This document shows, in pieces, positions 58,567-64,000 of a stretch of DNA of 64,000 nt. The translations under genes and the position numbers were made by a program. Origin of the DNA: Terriglobia bacterium (GTDB taxonomy: Bacteria > Acidobacteriota > Terriglobia > Terriglobales > Acidobacteriaceae); NCBI GenBank assembly GCA_963812835.1, contig CAWEWN010000001.1, positions 264,354 through 328,353 of the forward strand, written 5' to 3'. A model generated the notes under the pieces. The model saw only the letters and a program-made list of their open reading frames with translations. It had not been told where the DNA came from and searched no databases. Numbering within the stretch: the first letter of the stretch is position 1; the number at the start of each line of letters is the position of its first letter.

Positions 58567-59988
58567 TTATTGCAGAACTTCGACTGCCCGGACCCGATGT
58601 GCCCACAAGACCGCATTCCCGCTGACTGAGTCTTTGAGGACCAATCCGCGCGCCACCACACCCACCGAGGCGGTGGTGCTCGCAGTTCCCAGACCAGTGA
58701 GGGTCGAGGCACTACTGTTGCCCTGGAAGAACAGCGTTCCCGCGCCAGTGTTCACTTTCAACGGTGCGGCGAGCGTGTACCCGAAAAGGCTGGTGTTTGA
58801 AACCTGGAAGGTACCCGCGCTCGTAGCGGCGTCGGTAACGGTCACACTGGCCGGCACCACCGTGCCGTACACGCCCTGGCGCCGTAAAGAGATCAGGTCA
58901 GGTGCAAGTACGGGACTAGCGAAGGTTCCGCCGACGAAGATTCGTTGGCCCACCAGTAACGAGGAATTGCTGAATAGGCCCGTCGTGGTGAACCAGCCAT
59001 TGTTGAAGGGGCAAACGTTATACACGGTCACGGCGGCAATGTTGATGGTCTGCACTGTGTCCAGCAGAGCCGTGGTTCCCCCACCCGTTTCATCCACAAA
59101 CAACGTAATGGAGGTGGCCGCGCCAGTGGTCGGCGTAAAAGCCAAAACGCGCCCCGAGACAAAGGCTGAGTCCGTGGTAATAACCTCTACGTCGCTGGCC
59201 AGGACGCTGCCGTCCCGTCGCACTGTGCCCTGCAACGCGACAAATGCGCCCGTGCCCGGCAGAGTGGGCAGAGTGAAACCCTGGTTGAACGTAGTGCTGT
59301 CAGTGACGGCCACGGTAATCTGAGGTCCAATCGCCCCCTGCATCGTAAACGAACCATTGGCCGTACTCACGGCGGCAATGGTACCCGTGAGTTCTGTGAC
59401 TTGGCCTTCGGCATCGGTCGCCTTGACCGCTTCCGCGAATATCACCGGGGTGATCACGCCCGTGACTTCTCCCGCGACAACTTCCAGCGATCTCGGGATG
59501 TCGAATTCCATGTGCAGACCCGCTAGGGCGTTCGCGGCCACCACTATGGGCGTGGGAAAGGTTACGGTCACGGACTTGGTCTGCGGAGCGGTGCTGGTAG
59601 GAGCGGTGAATGTGCCATTCAAAGTGGTCGGGGTGACGGTGCTAACCGAAGTGATGACCGGACTCGCCAGAACAAACGTTGCACTGCTGTAAGTATCGGC
59701 CGGCACGGCGCCGAAACCCAACTGGGTGCGCAGGCCGACCAACCGGGCGAAATCCACCGTGATCGGAGTCGACACCAGTGCTGGCGAACTCTTGGCTCCG
59801 GTGAGGGTAATCGAATTGATAGTGAGCTTCAGGCTTACCACGGAAGAGAGGGGAGCGTCTTCCCCGGTCACGTAAACCGCTCCGGCTTGCGGACTACTCG
59901 TAGAAGCCTTCGTCGTCGATCCTCCACACCCGACCAGACTCAGCACCATCGGCGAAAGCAATAAAACGAGTGCAAAAAGGCGTTTCAT
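58567..59988 (-). CDS. lipoprotein, DUF4382-like
   Basis: MKRLFALVLLLSPMVLSLVGC lipobox. Thr/Val-rich beta-strand repeats. The family call is tentative. Confidence 0.7.
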   Translation of the reverse strand: MKRLFALVLLLSPMVLSLVGCGGSTTKASTSSPQAGAVYVTGEDAPLSSVVSLKLTINSITLTGAKSSPALVSTPITVDFARLVGLRTQLGFGAVPADTYSSATFVLASPVITSVSTVTPTTLNGTFTAPTSTAPQTKSVTVTFPTPIVVAANALAGLHMEFDIPRSLEVVAGEVTGVITPVIFAEAVKATDAEGQVTELTGTIAAVSTANGSFTMQGAIGPQITVAVTDSTTFNQGFTLPTLPGTGAFVALQGTVRRDGSVLASDVEVITTDSAFVSGRVLAFTPTTGAATSITLFVDETGGGTTALLDTVQTINIAAVTVYNVCPFNNGWFTTTGLFSNSSLLVGQRIFVGGTFASPVLAPDLISLRRQGVYGTVVPASVTVTDAATSAGTFQVSNTSLFGYTLAAPLKVNTGAGTLFFQGNSSASTLTGLGTASTTASVGVVARGLVLKDSVSGNAVLWAHRVRAVEVLQ

Positions 59989-60094
59989 GAAACCTCCTGC
60001 ACTGTGTATAGCGACAAAGCTGCGGCCTCAGCATGAGAAGCCTCTAATGTCGAGGGGTTTGAGGTTACTTTTGGAGACGTCGCTTCGTGCCGCG

Positions 60095-60127
60095 CTGGTG
60101 CCCCGTCCAAGCTCTGCCTGGGCGGGG
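60095..60127. repeat. REP unit, family F (left arm)
   Basis: ctggtgccccgtccaagctctgcctgggcgggg. Reverse-complement copy at 60236-60268. Confidence 0.8.
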
Positions 60128-60177
60128 ATTTTGGTCACCATCCAAGTAATGAAGAACACTCGTTAGAAGATCGAGCT

Positions 60178-60207
60178 AAAAAAAATCGGAGAGACAGGGG
60201 CCTCTCC
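60178..60207 (-). terminator. second intrinsic terminator downstream of frr
   Basis: On the minus strand, GGAGAG-GCCCCTGT-CTCTCC followed by GATTTTTTTT. Confidence 0.7.
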
Positions 60208-60228
60208 TCGTTGCATGGAGCAGTCGCC

Positions 60229-60268
60229 AAAAAAACACCCGCCCAAGCACAGCTTGGACGGGGCACCC
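60229..60268 (-). terminator. first intrinsic terminator downstream of frr, formed by a family-F REP unit
   Basis: On the minus strand, CCGTCCAAGC-TGT-GCTTGGGCGG followed by GTGTTTTTTT. Confidence 0.75.
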
Positions 60269-60288
60269 TCCACGCCATTAATGATTTT

Positions 60289-60310
60289 CTGACGACTGAC
60301 GACTGACGAC
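60289..60310. repeat. 7-nt-period repeat, CAGTCGT class (complement orientation)
   Basis: ctgacgactgacgactgacgac, abutting the frr stop codon. Confidence 0.85.
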
Positions 60311-60888
60311 TAGATCTCCATTACTTCCTTTTCTTTCGCTTTACTCATATCTTCCATCTTCTTAATCTCATCATCAGTCAATTTCTGGATTTCATCCATC
60401 GCGCGCTTCTCGTCGTCTTCGGCAATCTTCTTGTCCTTGGTGGCCTTTTTGATGGCGTCGTTACCATCGCGGCGTATATTGCGCACCGCGGTGCGATGCT
60501 CCTCCAGCATCTTGTGCAGATGTTTGACCATGTCCTTGCGGCGCTCTTCGGTCAAAGGCGGCACTGGTACCCGAATGATCTTGCCGTCATTCATAGGGTT
60601 CAGCCCAAGGTCGGCGGTGCGTACGCCCTTCTCGATGGCCGCGAGGGCGGTAGGATCGAAGGGCTGCACCGTGATCAGCTGCGGCTCGGGCGCGTGCACC
60701 TGGGCAATCTGGTTCAGCGGCATCTGCGAACCGTAGTAGTCCACCATGACCGCGTCGAGCATATGCACAGAAGCTCGCCCGGTGCGCGTGGCAGCCATCG
60801 CCTTGCGAAAATCTTCCACCGCTTTGTCCATCCGGGTCTTAAGTTGAACGCGGATATCTCTAAGTGGACCCGCATCAGCCATGATCAA
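60310..60888 (-). CDS. frr: ribosome recycling factor
   Basis: Full-length RRF pattern ...VMVDYYGSQMPLNQIAQV...GLNPMNDGKIIRVPVPPLTEERR. Confidence 0.95.
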   Translation of the reverse strand: MIMADAGPLRDIRVQLKTRMDKAVEDFRKAMAATRTGRASVHMLDAVMVDYYGSQMPLNQIAQVHAPEPQLITVQPFDPTALAAIEKGVRTADLGLNPMNDGKIIRVPVPPLTEERRKDMVKHLHKMLEEHRTAVRNIRRDGNDAIKKATKDKKIAEDDEKRAMDEIQKLTDDEIKKMEDMSKAKEKEVMEI

Positions 60889-60942
60889 CTCCGTCGTTGT
60901 TCAGAATCAAAACGCTGAATTATAAACCTTTAGACCATAAAA

Positions 60943-61128
60943 CTTTGTCATCCCGACCGGAGCGCTGCGAAGCAAGCGCAGTGGAGGGACCTTGTGTTTT
61001 GCTACTCGCGGCACGGTCCCGTCGATGGCTATTGATGCGATTGATGGTCTTCGAGCGCGCCCGCGCTAGCTAAACGCAAGGTCCCTCCACTGCGCTTGCT
61101 TCGCAGCACTCCGGTCGGGATGACAAAG
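60943..61128. repeat. 52-bp near-perfect inverted repeat with 82-nt spacer (MITE-like)
   Basis: ctttgtcatcccgaccggagcgctgcgaagcaagcgcagtggagggaccttg and its reverse complement, with one mismatch. Lies between pyrH and frr. Confidence 0.9.
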
Positions 61129-61139
61129 TGAGACGAGCT

Positions 61140-61856
61140 TTAAGCGCTGACCAGCGACCCAATCTTTTCGCCGATCACAACTTTGCGGATATTCCCACGA
61201 TGGTTGAGATTAAAAATGATGATAGGCAGGTTGTTGTCTTTGCACAGGGAAATGGCGGTCGAATCCATCACTTTGAGTCCCCGTTTCAGCACTTCCATGT
61301 AGCTAATCTCTGCAAACTTTTTGGCGTCTTTCACCAGCATAGGATCGGCATCGTAAATGCCATCCACCTTGGTGGCTTTGAGGATCGCGTCCGCCTTGAT
61401 TTCCATGGCGCGCAGGGATGCCGCCGTGTCGGTCGAAAAATATGGGTTGCCGGTGCCGCCGGCAAAAATCACGATCCGTTCCTTCTCCATGTGACGGATT
61501 GCCCGCCGCCGAATGAAAGGCTCGGCGACTTGGTTCATCTCAATAGCCGACTGCACCCGGGTATGAATGCCCTGCTTCTCCAGTGCGTCCTGCAGCGCCA
61601 GGGCGTTGATCACGGTGGCCAGCATACCCATGTGGTCCGCCGAGACCCGATCCATCTCGCGCGCCTGCTGGGCCACACCGCGGAAGAAATTCCCGCCTCC
61701 GACTACGATCGCAATCTGAATGCCGAGAGAATGGACGTCTGCGAGTTCAGCGGCAATTTCGTGAATGCGGAGAGGATCGACGCCGAAGCCCTGGTTCGCC
61801 GCCAGGGCCTCGCCGGAGAGTTTAAGCAGAATGCGCTTGAACACCGGAGTCGACAT
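61140..61856 (-). CDS. pyrH: UMP kinase
   Basis: [22 protein letters not shown]. Confidence 0.95.
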   Translation of the reverse strand: MSTPVFKRILLKLSGEALAANQGFGVDPLRIHEIAAELADVHSLGIQIAIVVGGGNFFRGVAQQAREMDRVSADHMGMLATVINALALQDALEKQGIHTRVQSAIEMNQVAEPFIRRRAIRHMEKERIVIFAGGTGNPYFSTDTAASLRAMEIKADAILKATKVDGIYDADPMLVKDAKKFAEISYMEVLKRGLKVMDSTAISLCKDNNLPIIIFNLNHRGNIRKVVIGEKIGSLVSA

Positions 61857-61968
61857 GGGTAGTTTGCAGCGCCGGCGTCCCGCCGGCTGTCCCGAGGGCA
61901 TCTTGCCCTCGACCTAAACACTGTATCGAACACGGCGTATCAAAGTCACAACGAAAGTGAGCGCAACG

Positions 61969-62646
61969 CTATTTCGCGGGAGCAGCAGCCTCGCCACCGT
62001 CTTCCGTATTGGAAGTCGTAAACGCGACGGTCGCTGCCACCTCGCCAACCTTGAAGCGCGCGAAGCGGCGCACCGCAATGTTCTCGCCGAGCTTGCCGAT
62101 CTTGGTGGCAACTAACTGGCCGATGCTCACGGTCTGGTCGCGGATAAAAGGCTGCTCCATGAGACAGACTTCCTCGTAAAACTTGCTCATCTTGCCTTCC
62201 ACGATCTTTTCCACTACCTGTGGCGGTTTGCCGGTCGCGGCGGCCTGGGCCCGGTAAATGTCCTTCTCGCGCTCGAAAGCCTCGGGCGAGACGTCTTCCT
62301 TGCGCACAAATTTCGGGTCGCTGGCCGCGATGTGCATCGCGATGTCGTGCACCAGCTCCTTGAAATCATCAGTTCGGGCCACGAAGTCGCTTTCGCAATT
62401 CACTTCTACGAGAACGCCAATCTTGCCTCCGGCGTGAATGTAGCTGGCCACTGCGCCTTCCTTGGTTACGCGGCTCGCCTTCTTGCCGGCCACGGAAATG
62501 CCCTTCTTGCGCAGCAGGACAACCGCCTGCTCCAGATCTCCCTTGGCCTCGGTGAGAGCATGCTTGCAGTCCATCATCGGCGCTCCGGTCTTTTCCCGGA
62601 GCTCTTTCACTTGATTAGCAGAAATATTCACGGTAGTTGTACTCAT
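61969..62646 (-). CDS. tsf: translation elongation factor Ts
   Basis: VKELREKTGAPMMDCKHAL N-terminal UBA-like motif. Confidence 0.95.
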   Translation of the reverse strand: MSTTTVNISANQVKELREKTGAPMMDCKHALTEAKGDLEQAVVLLRKKGISVAGKKASRVTKEGAVASYIHAGGKIGVLVEVNCESDFVARTDDFKELVHDIAMHIAASDPKFVRKEDVSPEAFEREKDIYRAQAAATGKPPQVVEKIVEGKMSKFYEEVCLMEQPFIRDQTVSIGQLVATKIGKLGENIAVRRFARFKVGEVAATVAFTTSNTEDGGEAAAPAK

Positions 62647-62650
62647 AATA

Positions 62651-62713
62651 AGTTCTAGTTTCCAGTTTCTGGTTTCCGGTTTCTAGAAACTGGAAACCAA
62701 AAACTCGAAACCG
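62651..62713. repeat. 7-nt-period repeat hairpin, AGTTTCY class
   Basis: agttctagtttccagtttctggtttccggtttctagaaactggaaaccaaaaactcgaaacc, between rpsB and tsf. Confidence 0.9.
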
Positions 62714-62815
62714 TCCTTACAAACTTTGACCCGCGCCGGACGACCCGCGCGGGTCTGATTTCCCTCAGGGGCCAAGATTTTGGCCAACGGCCAACGATGA
62801 AGACCGACAACAGGT

Positions 62816-63724
62816 TTAATACGTTTGCGTTTCAACCTGCGGAACGTCTTCGTCCACGGCTTCCGCGGCGGCCGCGGGTTGTTTGCGCACGCCCTTGCCC
62901 AGAACATCCTCCATGCTGATGTCTTCCGCGCCGGCTTCAGTAGCGCCCGCGGCCTGAAGCTCTTCCGCAGCCTCTGCCGCTGGGACCGCCTCGGGCTCGG
63001 CATAGACGGCTGCGGCCAGATCGGCGGCCTGCTTGTCCGTCATCAACTGCGCGCCCTCAGCAACCGAATCGGAAATCTTCGAAGCAAACAGGCGGATCGC
63101 GCGCAACGCGTCGTCGTTGCCCGGAATCACGTAATCCACTTCGCTGGGATCGCAGTTCGTATCGACAACCGCAACCACAGGGATGCCCAGTTTGCGGGCT
63201 TCTCGCACCGCGATCTGCTCTTTGTTCGAGTCAATCACAAAGATCGCGTCCGGCAACCGGCTCATATTCTTGATACCCGCCAGATTGGCTTGGAGGTGCT
63301 TGCGCTCGCGCTCCAGCTTGATGACTTCCTTCTTGGGCAGCAACTCGTAGCGGCCATCCGTGGCCATCTCGTCGAGTTCCTTGAGTCTCTTGACCGACTT
63401 CTGCACAGTCACCCAGTTGGTGAGCAGTCCGCCCAGCCAGCGTTGGTTCACGTAGAAGCCGCCGCACTTCGTGGCCTCTTCCGCGATGGCGTCCTGCGCC
63501 TGTCGCTTGGTGCCCACAAAAAGTACGATTTTGCCTGCCGCGGCCAGGTCGGCCACGAATTTCGACGCTTCCTTGAACATCTTCAGCGTCTTCTGCAGGT
63601 CGATGATGTAAATCCCGTTGCGCTCTCCGAAGATGTATTCCTTCATCTTGGGATTCCAGCGCTTCGTCTGATGCCCGAAGTGAACACCCGCTTCGAGCAG
63701 CTCCTTCATGGTGATGTTAGCCAA
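62816..63724 (-). CDS. rpsB: 30S ribosomal protein S2
   Basis: [22 protein letters not shown]. Acidic and Ala-rich C-terminal tail. Confidence 0.95.
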   Translation of the reverse strand: MANITMKELLEAGVHFGHQTKRWNPKMKEYIFGERNGIYIIDLQKTLKMFKEASKFVADLAAAGKIVLFVGTKRQAQDAIAEEATKCGGFYVNQRWLGGLLTNWVTVQKSVKRLKELDEMATDGRYELLPKKEVIKLERERKHLQANLAGIKNMSRLPDAIFVIDSNKEQIAVREARKLGIPVVAVVDTNCDPSEVDYVIPGNDDALRAIRLFASKISDSVAEGAQLMTDKQAADLAAAVYAEPEAVPAAEAAEELQAAGATEAGAEDISMEDVLGKGVRKQPAAAAEAVDEDVPQVETQTY

Positions 63725-63833
63725 TCAACCTCCTCATTTGGTCTGCATCGTTCGCATGCCTTGCGGCTGCTCCCGATTGCCATTCCCGCCCCGCGCCGCG
63801 AGGCACAGGAAGAATTGAACACCTAAAAAACAG

Positions 63834-63897
63834 CTGCTAGCCATTAGCTTCTAGCTCCTGGCTAACCTTGTCATTCCGAGCGGAGCGAGGAATCTCG
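63834..63897. repeat. AGCTNNN heptads followed by a GTCATTCCGAG...GGAATC palindromic unit
   Basis: gctgctagccattagcttctagctcctggctaac then cttgtcattccgagcggagcgaggaatctcg. Confidence 0.8.
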
Positions 63898-63915
63898 ATC
63901 TGCTCGGACACATCT

Positions 63916-64000
63916 TTACCGCTTGCTGTACTGGAAACGCTTGCGGGCGCCCTTCTGCCCGTACTTCTTGCGTTCCTTAGAACGCGAATCGCGACTGACC
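63916..64000 (-). CDS. rpsI: 30S ribosomal protein S9, C-terminal fragment (runs off the window)
   Basis: The reverse strand reads ...RDSRSKERKKYGQKGARKRFQYSKR-stop, the characteristic S9 C-terminus. Confidence 0.85.
   Translation of the reverse strand, partial: VSRDSRSKERKKYGQKGARKRFQYSKR

Noticed and set aside
60943-61128. Insertion sequence or transposon
   Set aside because: There is no ORF between the inverted repeats, and no transposase or integrase anywhere in the window. At most it is a non-autonomous MITE-like element.
62825-63826. 333-aa ORF antisense to rpsB, plus similar long antisense ORFs at 24104..25081, 28678..29658, 11044..12003, 47816..48748, 38457..39488 and 34857..35783
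   Set aside because: Each overlaps a confidently identified conserved gene on the other strand. None shows any recognisable motif or ribosome-binding site.

Overview
GC-rich bacterial chromosomal segment. The gene content and repeat families suggest an Acidobacteriota-like soil bacterium, but that is inference only. The window is mostly core housekeeping genes: pgsA-cysS, gatC-gatA, cca, tsaD, a complete iscR-iscS-iscU-iscA-hscB-hscA-fdx-iscX operon, a GH2 hydrolase, galT, yraN, phoB-phoR-phoU, a hydantoinase, a PrimPol/ATP-ligase pair, sucA, a CPA2 antiporter, a hybrid histidine kinase, two convergent GT21 glycosyltransferases, two MacB-type permeases, a GH172/DUF2961 protein, RNase P RNA (rnpB), a Ser/Thr kinase fused to a beta-propeller, GT4, glyA, alr, tonB-skp-bamA, a molybdopterin oxidoreductase, and rpsI-rpsB-tsf-pyrH-frr. 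I saw no transposase, integrase, CRISPR array, tRNA, or recognisable defence or toxin module, and I found no convincing novel multi-gene system. Three things stand out. (1) Many gene junctions carry tandem repeats with a strict 7-nt period, usually as inverted arrays, alongside several REP/MITE-like palindrome families, some of which sit inside coding sequence. (2) By hand count, at least about 30 single-base indels break conserved genes, including essential ones. They are concentrated between 23.8 and 45.2 kb and are most likely consensus errors. (3) There are a few gene-level oddities: HscB with an N-terminal tetracysteine module, a PrimPol-LigC pair with no Ku in the window, and overlapping convergent GT21 paralogues. 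Start codons were chosen by eye and several are uncertain.
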